A model generated the notes under the pieces. That model saw only the letters and a program-made list of their open reading frames with translations. It had not been told where the DNA came from and ran no database searches. Positions 25,641 to 39,145 of a stretch of DNA of 64,000 bases are shown piece by piece; within the stretch, counting starts at the first letter, position 1, and every line of letters begins with the position of its first letter. The DNA is from Eledone cirrhosa (Eukaryota). The stretch is taken from contig OZ024742.1 of NCBI GenBank assembly GCA_964016885.1, positions 91,512,001 to 91,576,000 on the forward strand. The letters are read 5' to 3'. Position numbers and translations under genes: made by a program.

Positions 25641-26321
25641 TTTTAAATAAAAGTTCCTGAATAATGTCAAATTGCAGGCATGGAAACAAATCATACCTAC
25701 AAATTCACAATAGAGCCCGATCAACATAAAAGAAAAGATCGACAAGATCCTAGACCTCATTCACTTACCGAGTGAGATGGAGCTCGTCAATAGGACCAAG
25801 AAAACAATGTTTCCACTTGTCTTTCCATTGCTGATACTATCTACCGGTCGCAACTTTGAAGGAACAACGAGAAATAAAGTGTCTTGGATTACCCGGTCCA
25901 GGAATCGATCACGCAACCTCACGATTGCGAATCCAATACTCTAACCATTAAACCACCCGCTATCACTATTCAATATAATATGTAAACATATAGGATCAAT
26001 CGAAATTTTACAACGAGCCGTTTCCTGTTATAAACACTAACATTAGACTTGAAAATTGCTTCAATAATGTTATACGAGTAACATCTCTTCAATAATATGT
26101 TATATGGTGTCAACGTTAACGATTGGACTATTCTTATAATCGTATTGAGCACCCTATACATTGTTTCTACAAACATTTGTAAACACAAACATAAAACATA
26201 CAATCATGAATTATATTAGCGGAGTTAAATATATATATAATATATGATTTTATTTATTGTCTCCTCGGTTTCATCAGCGCAGACTCTCTCTCTCTCTCTC
26301 TTTCTCTTTCTCACTCACTCT

Positions 26322-26403
<82 letters not shown>

Positions 26404-26577
26404 TTCCATTACGTCTTCCAGCCAAAAGGCTGAGGTCATATTAGGGCACCGCCATTGATATATGCGAGTTGTGGGTAATATAAATATTTATAAAGTTGTA
26501 TATTATTATTATTATTTTAGTTTATGAAATGTTTTTAATTATTATCTCATATTTATATACATGTATAACTTTGTATA

Positions 26578-26656
<79 letters not shown>

Positions 26657-26924
26657 TATGTGTAATTTCTAATGAAATCCATTAGAAATGTCGGAAACTA
26701 AATAATATCCAATAAAAAAAGAAACAACACAACACTACTAATGCACATTCAAACCTACACATATACACACTGACATAAGTATTTGTACACACATACATAT
26801 AGAAGCACACAGACAGTCACATATACACTTAAACATATATACTGAACACACGTGTTTCCTTCAAAATTATTTATTTCGGTTCGTTCCTCTTCTCACTTTC
26901 TATCGTTCTATTACATCTTATATT

Positions 26925-26970
26925 TCTCTTTCTTATGAGGAAGGACTAATGTCCGAAATGTTAAGAGACT
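26925..26970 (+). ncRNA. Degenerate minimal hammerhead motif (PLE pLTR relic)
   Basis: tctt-ATGAGGA-A-GGAC-taat-GTCC-GAAA-TG-TT-AAGAGA; the first core C is mutated. Confidence 0.5.
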
Positions 26971-27295
26971 TTTCCTGTTGTATTAATCGTTAAGCTACTA
27001 TATTTCATCATTGTACTGTATTGTTTGCTTTTTTTTTATTTCTGATTAAATGTTGCATACAAACAAACATGTATATGTCGAAAGTCGGTGGTGCGGTGGC
27101 CGCGTATACCACAAATCAGCGTAGTATTATATATATGGGAAGGAGATGAGTTGGTGTTGCGACACCAAGCTGTTTCGGCCTGCATGTAGCAAGCCTTCTT
27201 TTTCCGCTGGGATGGCTTCCTAGATGCCAACTGACACTGCCAGGTGTCGCGTTCGAGTTTAAACATCCCTTTGTATATATATATATATATATATA

Positions 27296-27480
27296 GGAAA
27301 AAGTATGACCCCGACGGCAGAGCTCAAGCCGTTTCGATGGCTATTTCTTATAGTCCAGAAATAGCCGTTGAAACGGCTTGAGCTGTGCCGTCGGGGTCAT
27401 ACTTTTTCCTATTACCCACTCTACTACCCTAAGTATTGACTACTCTGGTGCGTTATGGTCCATCTGGTTCCTTACCACAA
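27296..27480. mobile_element. Family F element with terminal fold-back palindrome (27296-27410)
   Basis: ggaaaaagtatgaccccgacggcagagctcaagccgtttcg and its reverse complement; homologues at 29130, 35482 and 50268. Confidence 0.85.
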
Positions 27481-27487
27481 TTCCTTC

Positions 27488-27526
<39 letters not shown>

Positions 27527-28045
27527 TTTGAATGATTTGCTACTTGAACGTTAATTGCTGGGCAGTTTATTCGGACAAATAGAACACCCGTCATCTAACC
27601 GACGGAACTCCAGCACACACTTACTCAATTGCATGTGTGTAAGTGAATCTGTGTTTCTTTAACTATGTGTACTCTGGTGCCTCAATTTTATAGCCATGTC
27701 ACAAGAGCAAGAATGAAGGGTTCATTCTACTGACATGGCTATAAAATTGAGGCTTGTTTGTATAATTGCAAACGAATCGAATGTTGTTATTAATATTCGT
27801 AAATCTCAGATTACATTTATTGTATTCAGCCATGTAGAGCGAAAATTTCCTTTTATATATATATATATATATTAGAGAGAGAGAGAAGAGAGCACACACG
27901 CACACATAGTTAAAGAAACACAGATTCACTTACACACAAGCAATTGTGTAAGTGTGTGCTGGACTTCCGTCAGTTAGATGACGGGTGTTCTATTTGTCCG
28001 AATAAACAGCACAGCAATTAACGTTCAAGTAGCAAATCATTCAAT
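27527..28045. repeat. Nested palindromes: outer ~145 bp arms (27527-27672 / 27903-28045) enclosing an inner inversion (27679-27753) of family E
   Basis: Direct reverse-complement matches; family E recurs at 30115-30420, where it is interrupted by a SINE. Confidence 0.85.
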
Positions 28046-28065
28046 AGACACGTGTATATATAATG

Positions 28066-28262
28066 CAGTCCGTAGGGAGCTTCAGCACGACATCGATGTT
28101 ACAAGGCCGGCCATTTGAGTGACAGGTACAACTTCACGTGTCAGATGAGTAGAATGGGGAAACGTGAAAAAAAAGTGTCTTGCTCAAGCACACAACCTGC
28201 AGCTGGGTATCGATTTCACAGCGTTATGATCCTGAGCCGAATACCATAATAACTGAGCCGCA
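28066..28262 (-). mobile_element. CORE-type SINE family 2
   Basis: ttcagcacgac..acaaggccggccatttga..caggtacaac..aaagtgtcttgctcaagcacacaac. Confidence 0.6.
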
Positions 28263-28325
28263 CATCCAACCCCCTCTCTCTCTCTTTCTTTCTCTCTCAC
28301 GTGTGTGTGTGGGGGTGTGGGGTAT

Positions 28326-28396
<71 letters not shown>

Positions 28397-28413
28397 GTGT
28401 GTGTGTGTGTGTG

Positions 28414-28453
<40 letters not shown>

Positions 28454-28739
28454 CAGACAGATATATACACACATATATACTTATATATACACAAGTATCC
28501 ATATTATAATATGTATTTCATTCATAGAAAAAGAAGAGACGGGAATATATACATAAAGGCGACATAATCCACAAATGTTACTTTTGTTGCTGTTGTTGTC
28601 TTTGTTGTTAATGGCGTACAGTAAGAGATGTAATGAAGGCGCTGTCTATTTGTTGTTCAGCTAAATCTGTTATTATCTGGAATGACAAAGTTAGGCTAGT
28701 GCGAAGGAAGCATTGTTTGATTAAACTCTAGAAAATCGT

Positions 28740-29072
28740 TTGAAGCAACGGCAGCAACAGAAGCAGCAGCAACAACAGAAACAGCAGCCACATTACCACA
28801 ACAACAAGTTCATTAACCACAACGGTCCTAGCACTAGCATCACCACCACCACCACCACCATCAACATCAACAACCACAATACCATGGACATCACCATGGA
28901 CATCACCAATATCAACACTGCTACCAATCACCAACAACAATACTATAATCGGTCATTATGATAATCATGATCAGGATCATTATGATGACCAACGTTGTTA
29001 TCATCTTCATCAACATTATCATGATCATCATGACCACCATCATAGTCATGATTACCATTATCACAAACATCA

Positions 29073-29075
<3 letters not shown>
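28740..29075. repeat. Compound trinucleotide low-complexity tract (CAA/CAG/CAC/CAT)
   Basis: Seen directly; similar tracts at 17030-17300, 23940-24130 and 34380-34830. Confidence 0.85.
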
Positions 29076-29127
<52 letters not shown>

Positions 29128-29131
<4 letters not shown>

Positions 29132-29570
29132 AAAAAGAATGACCCCGACGGCAGAGCTCAAGCCGTTTCGACGGTTATTTCTGGACTAAATTAGAATTTA
29201 GCCAGGCTAAAAATTCTAATTTAGTCCAGAAATAGCCATCGAAATGGCTTGAGCTCTGCCGTCGGGGTCATACTTTTTCCTATTTCCTACTCTACTACCC
29301 TAAGTATTGAGTACTCTGGTGCGTTATGGTCCATCTGGTTCCTTACCACTGAATTTAAATTCATAGAAATTTGGGACTTGACTTCTTCTTCCTCACTTTT
29401 CCTTGCTTCTCCATTTTTGTTTGTTTACACTCGTGTCCCATTTATTTACGTGTCCCAACGACTTTTTTTAGCCGCTGATCGCACCAACCGGAGGTATATG
29501 GTCTTTAAAGCGATGAAATACCAATGATGGTTGGAAGATCACTGATGAAGGACTAACTTTATTCATATAT
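29128..29570 (+). mobile_element. Chimeric element: family F palindrome (29128-29282) plus body fused to a family A segment (~29362-29570)
   Basis: The first part matches 27296-27480 and the second matches 48420-48573; bounded by (TA)n. Confidence 0.8.
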
Positions 29571-29675
29571 ATATATATATGTAATTAAAAGTTTAACAAG
29601 GTTCAATGAATTCATCAATGAATAAAGTATCACAATATATTAGAAGCACTCTACAGTGGGGTTTTCTGGAGGTAT

Positions 29676-30007
29676 TAATATTACTTCAAAATATTAATAA
29701 ATATAGACATTCATGTGATCAAATATATTTTATTATACATATTTCAGAGGTACTGAGCTATTTCAACAGTACTTCCTCATCAGATAAAATAACTTGATGC
29801 CTGACATACCTTGACTATGTTGATGCTTATAATTTAGTTATGCCATGACTAAATTATAACCATCAACATAGTCAAGGTATGTCAGGCATCAACTTATTTT
29901 ATCTGATGAGGACGTACTGTTGAAATAGCTCAGTACCTCAGAAATATGTATAATAAAATATATTTGATCACATGAATGTCTATATTTATTAATATTTTGA
30001 AGTAATA
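29676..30007. mobile_element. Near-perfect palindrome (~150 bp arms) with a hammerhead-like motif in each arm
   Basis: Right arm 29903-29931 reads CTGATGA-G-GAC-gtact-GTT-GAAA-TAGC-TC; mirrored at ~29752-29783. Confidence 0.85.
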
Positions 30008-30070
30008 TATATATATAAAATATAGAGGTTTACATATACATAAACTAGACATATATATATGGACTTACTT

Positions 30071-30117
<47 letters not shown>

Positions 30118-30143
30118 ATCTGAGATTTTCGAATAGTAATAAT

Positions 30144-30328
30144 GATTTCTACTTTTTGGCACAAGGCCAGCAATTATCCCAGTGCATTACTGGTACTTTA
30201 TTTTATCGACCCCGTAAGGATGAAAGGCAAAGTTAACCTCGGCGGGATTTGAACTCAGATCGTAAAGGCCCGTAACTACATGCTGCAAAGCATGGCGCCC
30301 GACCCTCTAACGATACTGCCAATCCACC
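30144..30328 (-). mobile_element. tRNA-derived SINE family 1, inserted into family E
   Basis: Close to the family consensus; its flanks rejoin as the reverse complement of 27720-27812. Confidence 0.9.
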
Positions 30329-31193
30329 ATAACATTCGATTCGTTTGCAATTATACAAACAAGCCTCATTTTTATAGCCATGTCAGTAGAATGAACCCTT
30401 CATTCTGGCTCTTGTGTTGGCATGTGAACAGAACTGCAGACACTAATGTTTCTGGATATCACCCTTCATCAGCACAGCTCACTGTTCACCAGCCAACTGT
30501 CAGAGCTAGTGAAAATATATGCTATTTTCTATAATATAGTGACTGGTCTGCCTGATTTGTATATTAGCAGACTGGCTGATCAGTCAGATCTGCATATTAG
30601 CAGATCCACTCATCAGCCAGATTTGCATATCAGCAGACTGGCCAGTCAGTTTCCTGTATACGAGCGATAGTTCCTCTCTTCAGTTATTAGACTGCTGTCA
30701 TGCTGCAGCACAGCCTCGAAGAAGTTTAGTCGATTATATCGGCACCGGTACTTATTTCTTCATGTCTGGCATTTATATTCTCTGTCACTTCTTGTCGAAT
30801 CACCGACTTATGGAACATCCTCAATGAGTAAACCTAGACACAGACGCACATATATTAACCTTATATGTTAATACGCCTTGTGTTAGATGAAATACCGTTA
30901 GGCAAACAAAGAACATATGTTTAGAAAGCGGCGACTGGGGTTGAAAATTGAATTAGAAGTCTTGGCTGTAACTTTGACAAAATACAATAGTCCTATAATA
31001 AAGGACTATTAAGTTATAGCTCTTAAAAATAATGAAAGGAACCATTATTGGCATAATAATAGCGTGCTTGTCTGGCAATGAAAAAGTGTAGGTTCGAATC
31101 CCATGTGTGATAATCCCCATCTTTTACACAAAGTCACGGCGAAGTCATCTAATTCAATTTCCAAACTCCGCTCACCGCTTTCCAAAGATATGT

Positions 31194-31229
<36 letters not shown>

Positions 31230-31396
31230 CATATATATCGAGTTTCCATAGTTTTATTTTTCAACTTCCACACCAAAACTATGCTCTAAAGACTTGCCCG
31301 GATACCACACAGCTAGGGCCGTTTTAATTCATAGCCAAGCCCTAATCTTTCAGGTATTTGGAGCACACAAGCTTCAGCCGAGTCCGCTATATAAAT

Positions 31397-31584
31397 AATT
31401 GTTTCTACTTTTGGCACAACGCTAGCAATTCTCCCAGTGTATTACTGGTACTTTATTTTATCGATCCCGTAAGGTTGAAAGGCAAAGTTAACCTCAGCGA
31501 GATTTGAACTCAGACCATAAAAGGCCGTAACTCTTTTCTGCAAATCATGGCGTCAGACCCTCTACCGATACTGCCAATCCACCG
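31397..31584 (-). mobile_element. tRNA-derived SINE family 1
   Basis: Consensus match. Confidence 0.88.
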
Positions 31585-32144
31585 CTCTGCACACAGTGAG
31601 ACTGACTTAAGGCCAACTCCTTTTCTACGCAGCCATCATCTTCTTTACCACAATTTGCTGCACTGATATCTAGACTGTGAAAAATTCAACGCACGCAATG
31701 TTGTAATTTCTTGCATTACTGTTCCATCAAATTGTGCCGATGTTGTTCTAATTGACTACGTGTGGGTTTTCACGGCTTGCTTAACCTTTAAACAAAATCC
31801 GTATGTGTTTAGGGCACCATTTTATTGAAATTAATTGTAGTTGTCATTCCAAATTGCTTTGATGTTTTTATATGAGAACGGGGAAGCCATGCTTTTTTAA
31901 GAGCTTAAGGCCTCAAAAGGACTTAATCCAGCCCTTTTGATCTCATATTTCATTTGTAACATATATATTACATAACATATATTACATATAACATATGTAA
32001 TATATATATAAAACCTGTACAATGTATGTATAATATATATATATATATACAATATATATATATATATATATATAAATATATATTATACATACATTGTACA
32101 TATTTTATATATATATAATATACGTTATATAATATATATATATA

Positions 32145-32176
<32 letters not shown>

Positions 32177-32539
32177 CATACGTAATATATATATATTTCT
32201 GTCTCTCTTTGAGATCAGGAAATATTCAGGGAATATTGCTTCTCTCATTAGTTACTGACTCAGTAATTCTCCACACACAACACGCTAATTTTGATGAGTT
32301 GTTCCATCACCGCAATGTTATTCTCGGGAAGGTTCAGCGTGACATAGTGTATGACGAGGCTGGCCGTTTGAATTACAGTTACAGTCCATCTGAGGGGCTT
32401 TGAAACAATTTTCGTCTACCTAATATCACTGATAAGGCTGAAGTAGACCGAACTATGATATATGACATTTGTCCAGTATGCCACTCAACATGTTCGTTTC
32501 ATAGACATAATAATTGTATTTGCAAACTTCTTAAACGAT

Positions 32540-32624
<85 letters not shown>

Positions 32625-32810
32625 ACAAACACACACACACAAATGTAATGTCTAGTCTACTTTCGACGTACGGTACTCAGAAATACTATGTTGTTCTTTA
32701 AATATATATGGAAAATGAAAGATAAAATACACCACCATATATTAACTTAAACTGGAAAGTCATTGAAATTACCACCATTTGTGAGTGTTTGTGCCTGTGT
32801 CTGTGTACAT

Positions 32811-32899
<89 letters not shown>

Positions 32900-33982
32900 T
32901 GTGTGCGTGTGTGTGTGTTTGCGTGTTACGTTAGAAGTATGGTAGTGGGAACAACGGAGTGGATTGGCTGGAGTAGGTGACATATTCTTTGAAAATGTTG
33001 ATGGGTTAATGCTAAAGAGGAAACAATCTAGAGAGAGAAAGTTTGTGTGGAGGGGTTTTAAATGGAAGGGCTAAAGTGAATGAGCTTGAGTGAATTGGTT
33101 TGAATAGATGTTCATAGATGTTAGGTGGTATAGAAGTGTGAGAGAGGAAATGCTACAAAGTAAGTATTAAAGTGTTTCAATGCGATGAATTAATGAAGAT
33201 ATACTAACAATGCCAATAAAAATTCTTCATTCTTTCATTCTTTTATTCTTTTACTTGTCCAAGTCTGGTACTTATTTTATCGATCTTTTGTTGTCAAACT
33301 TATGTTGTCGGGACATAAAGAAACACACAGACAGAAAAACACACATACATACACACACATACAGCATACATGCAACACACACATTCATATGTACCCGACA
33401 TGCTTCTACACAGTTTCAGTCTACCAAACGTCACTCATACTGTAATAATGATAAATAATTCAAAATATAACAATGACGTTGACAAAAACAACAACATTGA
33501 TAGCTACAAAACAGCAACAACAATAAGAACAACTCGACTGATGAATGCAAAGTAGCCACAACAATCATAGCAACTAACGAGGGAACCTATACGCTGTCGC
33601 TTTATGGGCTACAAATGGCAGCCGCATTTCTCCAAATCATGCCTTACCGTACTGAAAATCGATGAACATATTGTATGAAAACAGCCATCCTAATCGAGGG
33701 TGTCTTTGTAGCTTATGCCATGCTTTCGGTAAGGGCTTTAGGTACTCATGTACACGCGAGCAGAAACAGACACCTTCTCGACCTTACGACACTTGATGCA
33801 ATGGAAAACCCTTAAAGAGACAGCTAGAGGGAGAGAGGACTCACGGAATGACCAAATGAGGTTTATTTTTCAACATGATCCCTGTAAAGAAATAATGCAG
33901 TTATTAATAAGAGGAGCTGAAATTAATTCAACCAAGATTTCACAGCTGTAGCATCAATCCTTTAGAGTCAGTCTATGAAATA

Positions 33983-34118
33983 ATTGTTTCTACTTTTGGC
34001 ACAAGGCCAGCAATTATACCAGTACTGCATTACTGGTACTTTATTTTATCGACCCCGTAAGGATGAAAGGCAAAGTTATCCTCGGCGGGATTTTAACTCA
34101 GACGGTAAAGGGGCGTAA
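33983..34118 (-). mobile_element. 5'-truncated SINE family 1
   Basis: Consensus match. Confidence 0.85.
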
Positions 34119-34529
34119 TGGTAACTAGATCTCGCTGAAATTTGAGCTTAGAGATCAAAGTGTTGGAAGTATTATCGCAGTATATCCTATCCGACTGTCT
34201 AATCATTATGTCACCTTACACATTGTATAATACTGTCATAAATATACAAAAAAAGATGAGGTTGTCACTGATGAAAAGCATTTGATCCCAATGCTCTCAA
34301 TCAAAGCATACCTGGGGTTAAACAACAACCTCAATAAAGGTCGGCATCAAGAAAAGCAACGCTAGAATGATAAATCAGAATCACAAGAACACAAACGATA
34401 GCAACAACTTCGACAGGAGTATCAGCATCAGCAACAACAACAGCAACAACAAATAATGATAACGACATCGAAAATAACAACAATAGCAAGAGTCCTAACA
34501 ACACCACCATCACCACCACCATCACCACC

Positions 34530-34561
<32 letters not shown>

Positions 34562-35481
34562 ACAACTAAACAGGAACCACAACAATAACTACAACCAAAA
34601 ACAAAAGTAACAGCAACAGCAACAACAATGACAGTTGGAACAGTAACGGCAACAACAGCAGTAAGAAGAACAACAAAAATAAGAACTACAACAGCAATAA
34701 CAACAATAATAACATTTTAAACAGTAACACCGAAGACAACTCTGACAACAGTAAAAAAACCAGCATCATTAACAACAACAACAATAACAATAATGACAGT
34801 TAAAACAGCAACAACAAAATCAGCAACACTTGCCAAACCAAACAGAAAGGCATAGGGTGGAAACTAAATTTAGTGACAATTTTGTCGGCGCAGTCCTCAT
34901 TTCACCCTCTCCTCACAAATGTTAAATATAAAGGGGGTTATTTCAGTTCAGATGACCCCTTTTATACATTTAGTTCACATGTTTATTGACCACCTCGAGT
35001 TCTCAATTTGTTTTTATATATTCTTCTTTTCTTCTTTTACCAAAGGCGATGTTTGGCAGAAGTGTTAGAACGTTGCGGTATTTGTTCTGTCTCTCGACGC
35101 TCTGAGATCAAATACCGTCTTTCATCATTTCTAAATCGATTAATAAAATAACAGCCCAGTGCTGCGGTTGTCTCTAGCTTCCCTCCCCACACACTCTCGC
35201 TCTCTCTCTAATAAATGGGTTGTGTTCCGAGCTGGAAAGGGATGGGCTCCGCCATGTTTAAATGCCCATGACATGTCTAATATCAGACTTTGGTGCTCAT
35301 TCCCCGACGGATGACATTTTCTTATATTCTTCCTTTCTCACTTTATATATCTTACTGCATGCATCTGTCTATCTTTCTCTCTTCCTATATTGTTCATTCT
35401 ACCCAACTACAACGCTCCTCCTCTTTCTATGTCTCCCCCCTCTCTTCCTCTCCACCCACCTTTCTCTCTCTATATATATAT

Positions 35482-35612
35482 GAAAAATTCGGAACCTCGA
35501 TGTTTGAGCTCCGACCGTTTCAACAGCTAGATCCGAACTCTTCATATTACCCACTCTATTACCCCAAGTTTTGAGTACTCTGGGGAGAAATGGTTTAACT
35601 GATTTTTACCGC
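35482..35612. mobile_element. Diverged family F fragment
   Basis: gagctccgaccgtttcaacagctagatcc followed by attacccactctattacccc aag..gagtactctgg. Confidence 0.65.
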
Positions 35613-35867
35613 CTCCATTCTGATATATATATATATATATACATATATATATGGAGAGAGAGAGAAAGGGAGAAAGAGAGCGAGAGAGATTGTTAGAGTG
35701 AAATAATCCAAGTACCAGTAATGTACTGGGTTATTGCTGACCTTGTGCCAATAGTAGAAACAATTATTTTGGTAAGGCGCGTCAAGCTCCGTGCGTCATT
35801 AAAGTCGACAGTACGCAGCAATCCAAGTCAAAGGTGTACTCCACACACACACACGCACATACTCTCC

Positions 35868-35913
<46 letters not shown>

Positions 35914-36339
35914 AGCAGAACCCGACGGGAAGATAAGAGCAGCGGAGAATTTTTGGAAAATAATAATTGCAACTCTGCATAAATATATTATTTGAAACAC
36001 GTTTATAGCCAGTGAGTGCGTGTGAATGTATGTGTGTGATATCGATATGACGGTCAACATTCTTTAAGACGTTTCCCGGGAATGACTGTAAAACAGTCGA
36101 ATGACTGAAATCAGATTAGAGAAAGATCTGGTTAATTTTTTTTGCTGTTGTTATTCATTTGCCTTGTTGAGTGTATGGAACTAAAACATCACTGCGTCTC
36201 ACCACCTTTAAAAATGAACAACAAGCGAATAGAAGAGTCCTCACATTCGTTGTAAAAAATGTTAGGCCACCCACTAAAGATCATTCACGGCAAATGCATC
36301 TACTAGACTGACCCTTTTCTTCTGGGTCAGAACATATTT

Positions 36340-36640
36340 CACTCTCCGACAATGATCAGTTCAATGGAGCAGTGCTACTACATCTAGGACAGTGAGACTA
36401 TCACATATATATTAATCCTAGAAAACATCCTGAAGAAGGTCACTCGAGTGATTGACACGGTCACTGACAGACAGGATTCAGCCCATGGACCCACATTTCT
36501 GCCGCGATTACAATAGCATCTGCTCCTCAGATTTGTCTGACCTCATGCCATCTTCACTCAGATAACTCGGTCCTAACTCGTCCATTTCCTCTTTTGGGCC
36601 CAACTCTCAAGGCACTGCACTAATCACTACGCTAAATTCT
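36340..36640 (+). mobile_element. Highly decayed LINE RT C-terminus (CR1/Jockey-group-like)
   Basis: Degenerate ME.C.YI..ILENILKKVTRVID..RDYNSICSSDLSDLMP. Confidence 0.4.
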
Positions 36641-36699
36641 GTTGAAAGACATGTCTCAAATACAAGATAGTGTAAAACAGAACGAAGAAACACAATGTA

Positions 36700-36932
36700 A
36701 CAACAAAAGTAGTCACTGAGGAGGTCATACAATGAGTGACGAAAGAGATTGGACAATCAACAAATAAACAATTATCCGGTTATTAAACTAACCGACCTGG
36801 AAATTATAATAATTAACTGAAGTGAAACGCAACAGGTGAGTGTATTTTGGCAGCATAACACTCCCAAAGTATGACAATATCTGTTTCAACACACGTTTTT
36901 CAGATAAAACATCTTGTAAAACAAATAGAAAA

Positions 36933-36935
<3 letters not shown>
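36700..36935 (+). mobile_element. Diverged family B copy with hammerhead motif (36712-36754)
   Basis: GTCA-CTGAGGA-G-GTCA..TGAC-GAAA-GAGA-TT-GGAC; ends ctcccaaagtatgacaatatctgtttcaacacacgttttcag followed by (TA)n. Confidence 0.8.
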
Positions 36936-37006
<71 letters not shown>

Positions 37007-37008
<2 letters not shown>

Positions 37009-37497
37009 AGTTAGGAACTCAAAATAGTCTGTTACAATATATGAGTGTTTGAATTTCTTTTTTACTTAAAAAACGGGCCCACGAAGGCGTTTTTTTATAA
37101 ATGTAATTTGATTGGTTATAAATGAAATTATGGTTGTCACGTGAAAAAGTTCATTAAATTTCGCGCCTGTATTTGGGAATTTATTTTGTAGCCTTTTAGA
37201 GAATTTTATGACAAACAAAAGATAATGGTCAAGAGAAATGGGATGGGAGAATTATTCTGGTTCAGTGAATATTGCTGGTGGGCTGGGGTGTCAGAATTCA
37301 GATTTTCTATTGAAATAAAGAAAGTAGAGATATGTATGTTTATTTGTGTGCTTGTGTGTGTGTGTGTAGGAAGATGATTCTATTAGTAGAAATGGGGGAG
37401 GGAGTTGTGTGTGGTGGTGGTGGTGGTGGTGGGGTTATGTGTGTTTATGGGTATTATGTGTGTGTGGGAGTATGGTTAGCATGTTAAGATGAAGAGA

Positions 37498-37528
<31 letters not shown>

Positions 37529-38178
37529 GTGTGTGTGTGTAGGGAAATTATTCCGTTAGTAGGAATATTTTTTTAATGAACATATTTTCCTTACTTATTC
37601 GTATTTGTTCTGTTGTATTGTCAGCGCAAACGTATGTTAAGGTTTATTTAGTTCGGGTTTTTATTTTCTAAAGTAGAAGGTGTTATGTGTGTGTGTGTGT
37701 ATGTGTCTGTTTGGATGGATAGCATGTTATGGTGTTGACATAATGTATATTAAACCATATTTAATGGTGGTCTATATTTTTGAATAAACATATTTTCCTT
37801 ATTTATTCGTATTTGTTCTGTTGTATTGTCAGCGCAAAGGTAAAATGGGAAGGCTTGGAATTTGGGTGTCTTATTACTTGCGCATATGTCTAGATATGCG
37901 CTTCGTGGTATCTGTCTCGTGGTTGGATCTCGTAATTGTTGGCGATGACCTGTCATTCTGTTTCTGAGTGTGAGTTTAGTTTGTCCTATATAATCTTCAT
38001 TGCATCCTTTACATTTAATGGCTACAAAATAAATTCCCAAATAGGGCATGAAATTTAATGAACTTGTTCACGTGACAGCCATAATTTCATTTATAACCAA
38101 TCAAATTACATTTATAAAAAAAAAGCCTTCGTGAGCCCCTTTTTTTTAAGTAAAAGGAAATTCAAACACTCATATATG
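37007..38178 (-). mobile_element. Truncated PLE (GIY-YIG) with inverted 3'-end duplication
   Basis: ORF 37750-38020 reads AIKCKGCNEDYIGQT..RMTGHR..KENMFIQKYRPPLN; 37038-37192 is inverted at 38020-38175. Confidence 0.85.
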
Positions 38179-38478
38179 AAAAAACAACCTGAGCCCCCTC
38201 CCCCTTGTTTGAAGAACTTTGTAACGCGAACTGGCGCGAAATTTATTATACTTATTGACCAACCAATCAAATTACTTCTCTAAAAACCTGGCGTTTCGAG
38301 CCACTTTTTTCCATATAAAACAAGTAACATTCAAAGACCAACCAGATGTGAGAAAAACCACAGACCCTCCATCTCAACTCTACTTTTGAAAAGTAGAAGA
38401 ACTGCGAAACCGGTAAAGGAACCAAATAAATATATGTATTTAAAAAAAAATAAGACTCCAGTTGCATTTTCGATTTCA

Positions 38479-38576
<98 letters not shown>

Positions 38577-39078
38577 TAAGTTAAACGAAATTTAATTTCG
38601 TTTCGTTATTTGTTTTTATCGTCTCCGTTGAACTGGTACGTACTCACGCTCTATGCAAATTAGTCTGCCCACTACTAATTTTCATAGAAAAAGCATATAA
38701 CGATATGTGCTTTTACGATTCTCTAGAGAGGCCGGAAGATAGGTAAATATTGCTGATGAGATGTAACAACATCGAAACTAGTTCAATATTCCTTGTCTGG
38801 CTTTCTGGAGAATAGAGGAAAGGTGTTTCCTCAAAAACCAGTATGACTCTAAAAACCGGTTTGTCTGTGTGCTTACATACAGAATAGCTGGACACTCACA
38901 GTAAAGTGACCAGTGAAAAACTCGGTACATCTACATATGTATACGTGTGTGTATTCATATGCATACTAGTATTTCAGTATACATATGTGGATGTACATTT
39001 TTAACTTAATTGTTTAAGCGTCAGTCATACAAAAGTGAGTTACAAACGAAACGAAATTTAATTTCGTTTCGTTATTTG

Positions 39079-39145
<67 letters not shown>

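Noticed and set aside
36430-36475. CTGAAGA-AGGTCAC-TCGA-GTGATT-GACA as a hammerhead
   Set aside because: It has GACA instead of GAAA, no stem I, and the stretch is better explained as decayed LINE coding sequence.
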